DNA of 63,449 bases, the filler included, from Folioceros fuciformis (Eukaryota): assembly GCA_049999805.1 (NCBI GenBank). It is 16 parts of 16 records of this genome, joined end to end, with 100 filler letters (N's around TTAATTAATTAA, not from the genome) between each part and the next. Parts side by side here need not be neighbours in the genome. Positions count along the whole stretch, not along the records: positions 20,625 to 26,720 come from JBNGIO010003651.1; positions 26,821 to 28,918 come from JBNGIO010003652.1; positions 29,019 to 34,474 come from JBNGIO010003653.1; positions 34,575 to 38,367 come from JBNGIO010003654.1; 12 more parts are not named here. One strand, given 5' to 3'. A program made the translations under genes and the position numbers. Each line of letters starts with the position of its first letter. Position 1 is the stretch's first letter. The notes below the pieces were generated by a model, which ran no database searches, was not told where the DNA came from, and was given only the letters and a program-made list of their open reading frames with translations. Shown here piece after piece: positions 24,937 through 37,870 of this stretch.

Positions 24937-25160
24937 ATTGCAGAATTAGAAAAAACCATCAGACAGTTCTTATGGAGCAGGCCTGTGGAGGGTGAAGGCA
25001 ATTGCAAAAAAGTAGCATGGGACCTCCTGACTCAACCCAAACTTCAGGGTGGCCTAGCCTTACTTGATCTGGTCCTCAAGACCCACGCTCTACATGCTCA
25101 ATGGGTGCTCAAAGCTATGGGTCCTATGGATTGCCCATGGAAAAACTTCCTCAATACTTA
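24937..25160 (+). mobile_element. LINE (L1/Tx1) ORF2 fragment
   Basis: Manual translation gives IRQFLW...KKVAWDLLTQPKLQGGLALLDL...ALHAQW, the post-RT region of L1-clade ORF2. Confidence 0.8.
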
Positions 25161-25847
25161 AACAAGAATGGTTCATTAGTTTGCATAGGTAGAAGCCATA
25201 GCAATCAGCACATAAGAGAATGATTATAAGAAAAAGGGGTTGGCAAGGTACAAGAAAGTGTGTGAAGGGTCGTAACCATTCGTAACCCTAAAAAAAAACT
25301 TAAAACAACGTTTCAACTTGACCTCTAACCCTAATTTAATTAATAAGTTAGGGCTGGACCCTTTAAATAATAAACCCATTATTTAATACCCCCTCTCAAG
25401 CCTAATTTAGATAATTAAATTAAATACTAAGTAGCCCTAAAAAGGAAAAAACGTGCGTTGCCTGTTCACGGAGTGAGGCCGCGTAACCTCATTCCCTTGC
25501 AGATGGCTGCATGCGCGAATCTCCTATGAGCGTGAGATAGTGGATTGCAGCACATGCTGCTGTGAAAGGGGAACGGCACCAGAAGACCTGCATGGATCTG
25601 TCCATTACAGACATGGAGCTGCTCCGCGTCCAAAAACAGCTTGCTTGATGCCGTTGGCTGGTGGAGAGGGAAAAGGATTTGCTGCAGCTGCACACTGATT
25701 TGATGTGGAGTAAGGGCTTCATCCAGGGTGTTGCTGCTACGTCTTGTGCTGAACTTATGCTGGCCACGCTGCTAATAGTTGGCTCCGTGTAATTCTAATG
25801 TCCATTTAAACTCCTGATGCTATTCCCTTTGTCTGCAGGTGACATGA

Positions 25848-26720
25848 TGTGGACTCCACATGCTGAGCAGACCCCCGGGAAATTATAGGTTTTCTTTTTT
25901 TTTGGATTTGTGAGTGAGTGTTGTAGAGGAAAGGTTTGGAGATTAGGTTAGAATAGTAGCTAGATTGATGGTGAGTCGATAGGGTAGGTAGGTTGTGTGG
26001 TAGATAGGACGTGGGCTCTGGACCTTGGAGTAAGGTGACGGAGGAATAGTAAACCCCAGGACGTCATGGAAGGCGAGTGGGGCTTGGCTCTCTCTGGTGA
26101 TGCTGGTGGAAGCGGGAGACGAGGATAGCGGTGCCGAGGACCGAGGGTCCGAGAGCAGGCGGTCACGCAGGGAGGGCCTAAGGTTGTGGGAGCATCAGAT
26201 TCGGGAAAAGTTAGCTAGCCAAATGGCCAGGCCAGGGGGAGCGTCGACTCAGTGTAAGTAGGCTGGAGAGTAGCCGGATCAGGAATGGGCCGGCTATTCG
26301 GCTAGCCACACTGATCGGCTGACTTGACCTGGGCTGAGGACGGGCCTGGCTGGCGGGATGCAGTCGGAGTCGGGGCGGCGCGAGGTTGGTCGGCTATGCA
26401 TGCAGAGCCAGCCAGCTGGAAACGGTTGGGAGTAACAGTTGGGTGCAAATGGGTTGGTCGGGCAGTTCGTTGGTGGGCTGGCATCCAGGCGGTGGTTGCA
26501 GAAGACATACCCGACCCATCAACAAGCAGTCAGGCAGCTGCCTGGTGGCTGGCTGGGACGGATCTGGATGGATGGCAGGTAGAGGTGGGTCGGCTGGTGC
26601 TAGGCAGGCGGCTTGGCTGATCGGCCAAACAGCTACTGGCTTGCAAAGGCCGGCTGTGGGCAGTAGCCAAGCGACTGAGGAGTCTGTGGGCGACCAATAG
26701 ATCAGGTAGGGCCGGTGGCT
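25848..26720 (+). mobile_element. GC-rich LTR-like repeat beginning TGTGGACTCCACA
   Basis: The first ~230 bp closely match 30759-30990. Confidence 0.6.
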
Positions 26721-26820
26721 NNNNNNNNNNNNNNNNNNNNNNNNNNNNNNNNNNNNNNNNNNNNTTAATTAATTAANNNNNNNNNNNNNNNNNNNNNNNN
26801 NNNNNNNNNNNNNNNNNNNN

Positions 26821-27447
26821 AAACCTACCTTCTCCTTGGGTGTGAGGTACTTGGACACCTTGACCTTCTTCCCTGGGGTCAACTCCATGTCCTCGACAGC
26901 ATCGGGATCCACGTAAACTCCTTCGGGACTACTCCCTACACTTGTTCCTGATCCTTCTTCTGGGAAATCATAGTCATAGGCTTTCCCCTTCCAAAAGGCA
27001 GCTCCTTCCCTTTGCTCTTCATCCTCCTGTGGATCTTCATTCTCCACCACTTCAGTATGGAAACAAGTCACCTCTTGATCCAAATCCACCATCCTGACAG
27101 TATGCCCTACTCCCTTGTAGGCTCCTGTACTACTGGAAGTGCTACCTCCAGCACTACCGGATGTGTACCCGGGGAATGGTGCTGCTGTTTCTCCCCCATA
27201 GGGAGCTTTGCTCCACGAGACAAACGAANNNNNNNNNNNNNNNNNNNNNNNNNNNNNNNNNNNNNNNNNNNNNNNNNNNNNNNNNNNNNNNNNNNNNNNN
27301 NNNNNNNNNNNNNNNNNNNNNNNNNNNNCTCCCAAGGAGCACCTTGTACCCTAGGTCAGACACTGGCCTCATGACAATGTAGGTTAGCTTGAACATGATC
27401 CCTCCTATCACCGTGGGCATGTCAAGGTTTCCTACAATCTCCCCCAC
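26821..27447 (-). mobile_element. Ty3/Gypsy pol fragment (protease end and pre-RT linker)
   Basis: IVGNLDMPTVIGG..F...YIVM......YKVLLG followed by ...KKVKVSKYLTPKEK. Confidence 0.6.
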
Positions 27448-28430
27448 TCTACCCTAATCTAATCCTATCTATCAGCCGGCTCCTAGACCTAACCACACTA
27501 CAGCAAAAAGATCAGAACCCTATCTTCAACACCAACTACAACCCCAGTTGAATGAGGACTCAGCATCATCGTCAGCTCCCACTCCTAGCTCCGGGTATTA
27601 GCCGCCTCAGCATCTGAGAGGAGGTTCCAGCCCTGGCCTCAACCTCCACTCTCAGCCCTAAATGCCAGTGACCTCTGCAGCTGATTGAGAACTTGAGCAC
27701 CTAAGCTCCTCACCTCAGCACAACAACTCTCTACTGCAGCACTTCAAGTCTCTACTCCAGCGCTTCTCCAGCACTTCAAGTCTCTACTCCAGCGCTTCTC
27801 CAGCACTTCAAACCTCTACTCCAGCACTCCAACTCTTCAATTCTTCACCATCATGTCTCACTCTAGGATTTTGAAACACAGCAGCCCCTCATTTGCAGTC
27901 CTTGAGGCAAGGATGTGCAGACCCAGGCTGGATAGCCTCCTCGGCTCACAGCCCTGCAATCCGTCGCCTTGGAAATCCCTTAGGGACATCAAGGTACCCC
28001 AACCACCCAACCAGCATGCAAGAAAGATCAACCCCTGTGGATCTGGCCACCCAGATCTTGGCGATTTTGGGAGCCGCCACATTCCCCTCGTGGCCTGGGG
28101 AATCAAGGCCGAGGCACATCTGCACACTGGGTTAAACCTCTAACCTAGCAGCCTGCACACAAGATCAAGGGAGCTCTCACCAAAAAGCCCCCCCCTCAAT
28201 GACAGGCTTGGCCTCTTATACCTCCTTGGCCAAGAACCCCTGTCACTGCCTAACCAGGTCAGCATGCCTCCGACAGAACCCTCCACTAGTCAAAACCCTA
28301 AACCTAACTCCGACCTAATCCTAACCTGACTCTAACCTAACCCTAACCCCAACTTGTGGCCCTGGTTGCTCTTATCAAAATTAATCAACCTCTCAAAACT
28401 ACCAAAACTCACGAGTGCCTCTCGACACTC
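27448..28430 (-). mobile_element. LTR-derived sequence related to 61681-63127
   Basis: 27450-27505 is similar to the reverse complement of 63005-63070. Contains CTCCAGCACTTCAA-type repeats. The right boundary is approximate. Confidence 0.55.
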
Positions 28431-29018
28431 TCTTCCCCCCTCCGATCCTCTCCTTTCCCTTCGATCATCTGCAACCCTTCAGAAACCCCACTATCTTTAG
28501 ATCCTTTCCTCCATTCTGCTGGCCAAGGCCCATGACCCGGCAGTGCTACCCATCTAGTGCCCCTGAGTGGGTAAGCTTGGCACTGGAAGCGTCAACCCAC
28601 AATCTCTGCCAACATAACTATCACCGGGCTTCCCACCTACTAGCAGCACGCCTATACTAGGCTTTCCGCCTACAAGGCAGCCAAGCGTGCTACCCCTGGA
28701 TGGTAAGCCAAATGCCACTTATGTCATCTGCTGACCAAAGGGCAGGAGAGATGCATCACTCCTGACCCCGATACCTGGATGGGGCAGTTCGCAGGTCCCT
28801 CAGCTTTGTCTTCACGCATTCTCCTAGTGGCTGCGCCCCCACCTTCGTCCAAGCCACCGTAGCCTCCTTGCTCGAAGCCAGACGACTCAAGCCGGAGCCA
28901 AACTCGAGCTGTTTCGACNNNNNNNNNNNNNNNNNNNNNNNNNNNNNNNNNNNNNNNNNNNNTTAATTAATTAANNNNNNNNNNNNNNNNNNNNNNNNNN
29001 NNNNNNNNNNNNNNNNNN

Positions 29019-29550
29019 GTATAAATACCCCCTTGAGCTCCCTTGGTATTGAGACTCTATTGTGAGAGTGTGACCTCTCTTTCTCCTCCTCTCCTCCTTC
29101 ACCATGTAGCTCCTTGTAGCGATCCTACAGCACATGCGTCTACAAGCGGAGAAGGATCTCGAGAGGGCGATACGGGCAACGTTGAATTACGAAGAGTCCA
29201 ACGCTGAGGTGAACACACCTGTCAAAACCCTACAGATATTCTTACCAAGGGGCTCTCTACGGAGCAATTCGCACAAGCTTGGACACTCATGGGCATGAGG
29301 TAGACCAGTCTCCTATGCAGGTAAATTGGCCTTTAAGTGGGAGGTTGTTGACAAATTATGGAGGTAAATGCAAAGGAATTATATTAAAACATTAGATTTG
29401 CATTATTGGTTCAAGAAAAGAGACTTAGTTTATAAAACATGAAACTCAACTTAAACTAACTGAAACGTTATAGTTGTTCACTTAAGACGTGACTCTCCTG
29501 TAATGTCACTTAAATATTCTAAACGTAACCCTACATATCTTATCTTAACA
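29019..29550 (+). mobile_element. LTR end nested in a Copia 3' end (RNase H tail, PPT, 3' LTR at 29346-29550)
   Basis: A foreign LTR ends ...GAACACA at ~29217. It is followed by QNPTDILTKGLS..QF, PPT AAGTGGGAGG and an LTR TGTTG...TAACA. Confidence 0.75.
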
Positions 29551-30758
29551 GCACAAACCCTTTAATCATTACCAGCACTATTTATCATTACTCCCACTTG
29601 CTGATTAAGATTCAAGGACAGTCGTAGCCGTCGTGAGCTATTCGTGAGACCGTGTCCCTTGAGCTTCAGATCCGCAAAAGGGCCACCGCTGCGGAGTAAG
29701 CATTGAGTTGTGCGAGCACCTCTCCATGGCACCTTTGAATATGATGGAGTGCAATAACAGCTCAAAATCGGGGCCTGAATACAGGTTTGCTCCCATCCTT
29801 ATTCTCCTTTACGCCCTCAGCATCACGTTCATAAGCCTTCTGGAGCAGAAACTAGTTGAGCTTTGCGAGATGGATACTTCTGCTAACGAAGCGTCGACCA
29901 AGCGTTGATGCCAGGCATGGGACACCCTGGGGCGGTTTGCCGCCACTAGAGCAGCTGCCTGCAACAAGGGGAAAGCAACGTCTTGTGGAACAACAGGCAA
30001 CAGCGCTGACAAGAAGCAAAAACCTAGGAGCCCTCGGAGCGCCGTCACAAGATTTCTTCAGCGCTGCAAGAACTCGCTTGCATCTCAAGGCTGCATGGGA
30101 GGATCTTCAACACCTCGTCCAAATCAGCGCGGTGCCTAAGGTTGCAAGACAGGTTTTGCCGACCAATGCTGTGAGTGGAAGGCTTCCTTCTTGGGAATTT
30201 GAGACTGACCAAAATCAACATTGAGCTTTCTTGTCCCACCAAGCTTGGATGAGGAAACACAGATCGTCACATTTGGTTCCATCAAGCATCCACGCAGCCC
30301 TCTTTGGTACAACTTTGATGTGGGCTACATCAAATCGACTATGGAGCACATAATGGTTGAAAATTGTTGGTTGTTTGTGGGGCATGTTGTTAGCACCTAT
30401 AGTAAGTTGCAAGTCTGAAAACTGGTGCTTGGCTTTGGCTGCTGATATGTTTGAAGTTACATTTTTTCACTATGTTGAGCTGTGAAACAGGAGGCATTCT
30501 AAGCTCCCACAGTTTGTGGCAAGGTCTACCACATGGATGGAGGAAGAAGCAGATTTAGATTCTGATAGTAGGCTCTTTGGTCAAGCAAGAAAAAGAGAGA
30601 AGAAGAGAATCAAATCTCTATTCAGTCCATATACGCCAGATTCGTCCAAAGCAGATGAAGATAGTCCTCAATCAAGAGAATCTGACTCTGGCTCTGGTTC
30701 TTTCTTGAATGACTATTTCTGAGGAAGAGAGCTCTTCCTTCAGCCGTAGCTAGGACCC

Positions 30759-33517
30759 TATGGACTCCACATGCTGAACAGGTCCCTGGAAAATGGTAGG
30801 ATTTCTTTTTTTGGAATCTCTGAGTGAATCCTGTAGTGAAATGGTTAGAAGATTAGGTTAGATTAGTAGCTAGATTAATGGTGAGTCGATAGGGTCTAGG
30901 AGGGTGTGTGGTAGATAGGACACGGGCTCCAGTTCCTTAGGATAAGGTAACAGAGGAACAGGAACCCTAGAACGGGTCATGGGAGGTGAGCCGGGGTTCC
31001 CTCNNNNNNNNNNNNNNNNNNNNNNNNNNNNNNNNNNNNNNNNNNNNNNNNNNNNNNNNNNNNNNNNNNNNNNNNNNNNNNNNNNNNNNNNNNNNNNNNN
31101 NNNGGCTCAAAGGGCGGGCTAGGTGGGGTGGCTGCCTGCCAAATTGCCAAGGTAGGCCGTGGCCGGTCCCGTTGAGATCTGGACCAGACGAGCAATCCGT
31201 GGGTTGCATCCAAACAATCGGGTTGTGAGCATTGAGCAGCCCGGGCTTTGGCTGAGCGGAAGGAGGGGTTGGCAGATCCGAAGGCAGCCGGGCCTTGGCG
31301 GGCCTGGCAAGTGGGGTCTAGCTGGCTAGGGGGCTGGCTGGGCCATGGCGAGGATCCGCCAGGCAGAGGCGGCGCTGGATCCGCCTGGCCTGGTTGACTT
31401 ATCTGAACCAAGTCAGGCCTGCTGCAGGCGAGAGGCAGCCTGGTTGGTTGATTTTTGAGTCAGGCAGCTGATGGCTGCAGTGCCGGGAGCTGATTGGGAG
31501 GACTAGGGGGTGAAGCGCCTGGCTAGATCGGGAAGCCGGGCTGGTTGCGGCTGGGACAGGCTGGTGAGTAGGCCGAAACCCAGCTCTGGCTAGTGGTGGA
31601 GAGATCTAGCCAGCAGCGGTAGATGACGGCCGGCTGCCCGATTTTGGAGCCGGGCTGGTTGCGGCTGGGACAGGCCGGTGCAGGCAGGCTGAGAAGGAGG
31701 ATCTAGCCAGGGGCCATGGACGAGGCATGCAGACAAAGCCGGATCCGGGTGGGGATGTTGGCTGGATCCAGCCAGCCAGCAGATGGGCTGGTCGGTCTAG
31801 CTGGCTAAGTCGGAGCAGGCGGCCTGTGGCCGGCCGATCTGCTGGCCGAATCCACGGCAACAGGCTGCAGGGTTCAAGCCAGCGGGAAGGCAAATCGGAT
31901 CCAATCAACACCCAGGCCGGGGTCCTGGCCGAAGCTGCGAAGCAGTCAGTTGAGTAGGCCGCCGGAGCGCTGGATGGAGCAAGGTAGGCAGCCAGGCGGG
32001 GCTGTTGGAACCAAGCCAGCAATCCAGCTCGGGCTAGTGGCAAGAAGGAGGCCCGGGGCCAGATCCGGGCCGGGGGCCTGGCCGGATCAGGCAAGCTGTC
32101 TAGCAGGCAGTCATGCAGGCCAGGAGGACGGCTGCTGAGGCAACGGCGGCGGAGCACAGGCAATTAGCAACCTGATGGCGGGCTGGCTAGAGCTGGATAG
32201 GCGGTTGGTTGGGGCTGCCCAACCAGTCGGCATGGCGAGCTGCAAGCAGGCCAGCCATGGGCTAGGCCGAAGCAAGTCGGCGTAGCCAGTTCGGCCTGAC
32301 TGCTCGGCCAGCCGGGCTGACGGGATGCAGGCTCTAGGTAGCCAGGCTTACAGGCTGCCTGCAAATCGAGGAGTAGCCTGGCCAGGTAGGCAACCGGGCT
32401 TTAGGGAGGCGGTCCTGTAGGTCCAAGCTTTAGGCCAGTTGGTGGATCCAGCCGGGTTGGACAATAGACCAGGATGGAGCCTAGAGCAGGTCAGGGAGGC
32501 TGGGGCTTGGTTGGCTAGCCAGGTTTGGACCAGCAGCCCGACGACCAGGAGCGGCTGGGCTGGCCGGAGCTGGATGAATTGGGAGTCCACAGAGGGAGAG
32601 CAGCCAAGCTAAGGGCAAAAGGCAGAAGAAAGGTGACGGGCTGCTGAGAAGTCTTGACAATCGTGAGCCTGGGACGGATGCATGCGGGCTGGGTAGAATC
32701 CAGGCAACGGCCGCCTGGCTGTCATCACCAGGCAGTCGCTGGCTTGCTGGTGGCGTGGTAGGATCCGGAAGCCGGGCAGTGACGTGCCTAGCTGGATTGA
32801 GAGGTTAGGGCCTCGGGCCTATCGATCGGGCAGGGCTTAGTGACTGAGGATGTCCTGGCGGTTATGACCACAGATGGAGGGCCAGTAGACTGGGCTGCAA
32901 GTAGCCAGGCACCCTAGAGGTGGGTCGGCTGGTTGATCTGGAAGGCTGGCTGGTTGGCTGGCCTGTCGATCGGGCAGGGCTTAGTGACTGAGGATGTCCT
33001 GGCGGTTATGACCACAGGTGGAGGGCCAGTAGATTGGGCCGCAAGTAGCCAGGCACCCTGGAGGTGGGTCGGCTGGTTGATCTGGAAGGCTGGCTGGTTG
33101 GCTGGCAGGCTAGGTGACAAACGAATTCGGCCGCCAACGCCAGGCTAGGACGGGCTAATCGGGCGGCTTGGCTGGTCACAGTTGGGAGCAGAGTAGCGAG
33201 GTTGGAGCCAGAAGCAGGCCGGGCAGGTTGGTGGCTGGCTGCTTGGCCGGCTTGGCAGGCAGCTGACAGACGGGGCTGGTGGCACATACCGATGGGCAGG
33301 CCAGGCCAGAGGCAGTGCTGAAGCCTGGCCGGCGTGGATGAGGTTGGTTGCAAGACTGGTGCGTCAGGATCAGCTCCGGGGCTGTGGCAGTCCAGAATCA
33401 GGATGCAAGGCAGGCTGGCTTACAGGAACCTGGACTGATCAGCAGCAGGTCGGCGGGGCCAGCAAGCTGGCTGGATCATGGCCATGCCAACCCGGCAGGA
33501 AGCAAGGCGCTATCTCG
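30759..33517 (+). mobile_element. GC-rich LTR-like element (family of 25848) with a 144-bp tandem duplication
   Basis: The start matches 25848. A duplicated unit lies at ~32822 and ~32966. The right end is approximate. Confidence 0.55.
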
Positions 33518-34474
33518 TGATACAGAGAGGCTGACGAAACCCGGCAGGCAGAAGAACGTGACGTGATTAGCACAACCGTACACACAATACAAAGTTGCAT
33601 TAAAAGAAGATCACACACACAATAGTTCTTGGTGGGTTTTTATGCGCGCACGGTGACTCGACAGATATTCGTGAAAAACAACTTCTAACCCTAACTACTT
33701 ACATTTAAGCTAGGTATAGAATTTAACCCTATATAAAGAGGGCCGAATAAACATATCCAACACCCCTACTTGAGGTCCGACTTATACAGTTCCTAATCCT
33801 AATGACGCTCCTACGCTCCACACTCCTCCTGATGCGGTGGCAGCTGGAATTCCTTATTGCAACACTCTCTTAGGTTATCACCATACTTGATACTGTCACT
33901 GCAGAACTTGGAGCTGCCCACGATGCGCTTGCTGAAGATGATCACCCGCCGCCACGCTTAAACCCAGCTGCCAGGCTTTCCAGTACAATCCAACAGAGGC
34001 CACCTTCTCTTTCTCTACCTCGCAGCTCTTAAGCCTGCATCAGTGGCAGCAGCTCCCAATCGGCACTAAAAGCGGCTGCACACTTGTCTGCCGCGGCGCC
34101 GACTGAGCTCCGCCCTCCTTCATTTGCAGCAAAACAGGCCTTTATCTGCTGCGAGTAAGGATTGATGCCGAGTCCTCACCTGACACTAGCTGGAACTTCT
34201 ACACAGCTGATAGTCTGGAGGTGGATGAGGCGTAGACGAGATGTTTGATGCTACTTCTCACAGGCGGCTATGCCCAGCCTAATTGCATGTTTATTATGCA
34301 GCTCTCTAGGCAGGTCTTTGGTCAGTAGGTCTGCAGGGTTCTCAGCTGTAGGAATATAGCTAACTGCCATCTGGCCATTGCTCACCACTTCTCTGATAAA
34401 ATGGTGATGTATTTCCATATGCTTCATTCTGGAGTGGAACACTGGGTTTCTTGTGAGCGCTATGGCGCCTTGGT
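33518..34474 (-). mobile_element. Ty1/Copia 3' end: RNase H tail, 3' UTR, PPT and 3' LTR
   Basis: FHSRMKHMEIHHHFIRE...NPADLLTK, then AAGTAGGG followed by TGTTGGA at 33762. The distal LTR end is uncertain. Confidence 0.8.
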
Positions 34475-34574
34475 NNNNNNNNNNNNNNNNNNNNNNNNNN
34501 NNNNNNNNNNNNNNNNNNTTAATTAATTAANNNNNNNNNNNNNNNNNNNNNNNNNNNNNNNNNNNNNNNNNNNN

Positions 34575-35177
34575 AATAGTAGGGTAGCTATATGCATAGA
34601 GGTCTAGCACTGAATTAGTTGGTAAAGGTGCTGAATATCTTGGTGGACGTCCTCCACGACGAAATTGTCTCGGAGGTCCACCACAACGAGGACCTCTAGA
34701 GCCACCCCGCCTCGACATATTGTTCAAGCCTTATTAATAAAGCAAAAACATGGCTCTGATACCATGAGTAAAACGAGCGTAGGCGAGAGCATACATACAA
34801 CTTTCATAAGAATTAAAGAATAACAATCTCAATGTCAAAAACGTTTAAATATTGTCCATTTGTCTTTTGNNNNNNNNNNNNNNNNNNNNNNNNNNNNNNN
34901 NNNNNNNNNNNNNNNNNNNNNNNNNNNNNNNNNNNNNNNNNNNNNNNNNNNNNNNNNNNNNNNNNNNNNGCCTTGGCATATTGTTCAAGCCCCATTGATA
35001 AAGCAAAAGCATGGCTCTGATACCATGAGTAAACCAAGCGTAAGCGAGAGTATACAAACAACTTTCATAAGAAATAATTAGTTACAATCTCAGAGTCAAA
35101 AACATTTAAATACTGTCTATGTGTCTTTTGGCTAGACAACCTTAACCCGGTAACCTAATCATAATAAAGACATAACA
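34575..35177 (-). mobile_element. Two diverged LTR-PBS(tRNA-iMet) units
   Basis: TGGTATCAGAGCCA occurs at 34751-34764 and 35012-35025, each preceded on the minus strand by an LTR ending ...ACTCA. The copies are similar but not identical. Confidence 0.8.
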
Positions 35178-35253
35178 TAAGATTCTTTTTTTTCTTAAAG
35201 TTTTGGAGTTTGAAGGCCACATGTACCACTTGGTTGTGGGCTTGAAGCAATTG

Positions 35254-37194
35254 TGTGGAGATCGATTATGTCCACCACACGTCAATATAACTGGTTTTTG
35301 AAAAAAAGGCTAAAATGTAGATATGTGACTAGGATGGTGTAAACTCAAATGTGCACCAAATGGGCTTCGTGGAATACGACCGTTAGGTGTAGACCATGTT
35401 TGATGGTCCTCAGCAATAGGTGACTAGAAGGTGGGGGAAGGACCCCTCGGTGGATCCCACCCACGCCTCAACAAGAGAAGTCAGGCGGCAGTGAGAGTGA
35501 GGTGAAGGTTTTATTGGAAGACTTGCCTATCTTGCCTGAAGAGGGAGGAGCGCCCGGGGATTTGGCGGCCGAGGAAGGAGTACGCAAAGGCCGAATAGGA
35601 GGCGAGCGCGGTGATAGGATAGGCCAGAATTCATTGCATCTTAGAATAATATTTAGTTAAGATTTGGTGAAGATGCTTTCTTGGACTTGATGTCGCTCGC
35701 AATTAAGATTGCTTGACTGCTTAAGAGTAGACTTAATGGCGGCTATGATCCTTCCCTGGCGTGTTGTACAAAGAGGCCTGTCGGGCCTCAGGAATTAGCA
35801 AATGTTGAAGACTCTTCCCAGTCAAGATCCCCGCCCTGCCCATGGCTGGATTGGAGATGTCTAGGTGGGTAGTGTGTGTGCAACACTCCTAGGGGTGGTC
35901 GAGAACTTTTGCTCCGCAACTGGTGGTGAGGGTGACAAATCAGCAAATTCCCTGTTGAGTGGAAGGTCACCTTCCCTTATTCCCTGAATTGCTAGTGGTG
36001 TTCTGCGATGAGTGGTGAGGGGGACGATTCCGCCAGTTGCACGGAGTGGAAGGAGAACTTCTCTTTCCCTTATCCCCTAAACGGCTAACTGTGGTTCGTA
36101 GCTGAGGTGAGGGGAACGAATCTGCCAGTTGCGCGGAGTGAAAGGGGAGCTTCTCCTTCCCTTATTCCCTGAATCATTGGCTGCGTTTTGAATCTGGTGT
36201 TGAGGAGCATGTGTGAGAAAACGAGGTGTTGAAGTGAGTGTGAAGGAGTGAGTGAAGAGAGCGTGTATGAGAAGACGAGGTGTTGAAGTGAATGTGAAGA
36301 AGTGAGTGAAGAGAGCATGTGTGAGAAGACGAGGTGTTGAAGTGAGTGTGAAGGAGTGAGTGAAGAGTGAATGTGTGAGAAGAAGAGGTGTTGAAGTGAG
36401 TGAGTTGAGAAGAGAAGAGGAGAAGAACTAACTGCAACTAACTGAAGAGGTCGGTTGAGAGACTGAGGAATACCCTGGAAGATTGCTGAGATTGTTGGTG
36501 ACTGAAGAGAATTGCTGAGAAATCGCTAGAGCATAAAGAAAGATTGCTGAGGCTTGGACGTCATTTTTGGAGAATTTCAAAGAGATTTCCGGACGTGTGT
36601 GGAAGACTGTTGAAGATTGTTGAAGCTTGTGAGGGGTTGTGAAGGATTGTTGAGGAATTGCTACCGATTTGTGGACGTTGCTGGGAGATTAAAGACGCTT
36701 GGAGACAGCCCCGTGAGGAATAAGTGTACACCAAAGTTCCAGTGTGTTTTGCATGTGTATAGAGTGATGCATGGGTGTGTGAGAGGGTGTGGCTGATCCG
36801 TGGGGTCTTGTTCCCCATGGACTAGCATTTGCATGTATGAGGAGCATACAATAGGACTAGATATGTGAGTGTGGAAGCCCTTGGGGCAGGAACCCGTGGT
36901 GGAAACCCGCAGCGGCGCGTGCGCTGTGAAATATTAGTTAGGGCTTTTGGGTGGGACCCACTACGGTCTTGGGGACCACTACCGTTCCCGGAACCAGTGA
37001 CCGCGGTCGTAGAGTAGGGACCAGAGTCGTGGAGTAAGGTCTACGATAGCTAGGCTAATCGAGGGTAGTGGTAGAGAGCTAGTGGGTAGTAGAACGGAAG
37101 TGGATAAGGCTTGACCTAGGTAAGAGTCAGTAGTAGAAGAAACCTATGTTACTTGGCACAAATCATTCCCTTGGGAGCGAATCCCATGGCTACA
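35254..37194 (+). mobile_element. Probable long LTR with internal ~55-bp tandem repeats (36205-36410)
   Basis: Starts TGTGGAG. The end (CCTTGGGAGCGAATCCCATGGCTACA) resembles the end at 63127 (CCTTGGGAACGGATCTCAAGACTACA). Confidence 0.5.
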
Positions 37195-37870
37195 ACGACA
37201 TAGAGGGTTTGTGTGGGCCTCGCAATGTCCTCACACACAACATTTTACTCCACACATAGCAATTATTGGTAGGTCTTAATCTCTTGGTAGGTGTGCATAG
37301 TTAAAGTTGGTGGCGTATAGTATGAGAGGAGGGTAGCCCACCACCTACATGTAGGGGAAGGTTCATGTGTCAATCTGTTGCTTCCCTTGTGAATGGTTGT
37401 TGTGTGAGTTGCTTTGCCGTAGGTGTGTGGTGATACATGTAGGGAAAGAATCCCTAGAAGTTCTCGCTAATAGGCGCAAGCATGTACCTACCGGCCCAAG
37501 GAAAAACCTGTTGGTTGTTGGACGTAGGGAGACGAGCAGCTAGATTGTTGGGTTGAGTAAGGTGTCGTAGGGAGCCTTCTAAGGAAAGGGTATTGATTGT
37601 AAGGAGGTAGAAATCAGTAGGGGGAGTATTGGGGTCCTTTTAAATGAGGGAATGGTGCCCTCCCACTGTCTGGACGTGTTGCAAGATTGGTAGGTACGTG
37701 ATTGGGAGTGTTAACTATCGTAGGGGAATGATAGACATAGTTGGGGTAGTTGACTAGGCTCGGAGGGAAGCAATTTCGGGGAAGCCTACAACAACCGTGC
37801 GATTGATGTGGCCAAGATACATGTGAGCAAGTATCTAGTACGGGTACCATACCCGCTCGCCCACATTTTT
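37195..37870 (+). repeat. Dispersed repeat, homologous to the reverse complement of 45190-46320
   Basis: Shared blocks include TTGGTAGGTCTTA..CTCTTGGTAGGTGTGC.TAGTTAAAG and GATTGATGTGGCCA.GATACATGTGAGC. Confidence 0.75.

Noticed and set aside
30977-33566. Many short ORFs in the GC-rich region
   Set aside because: Stop-poor repeat sequence with no recognisable domain.
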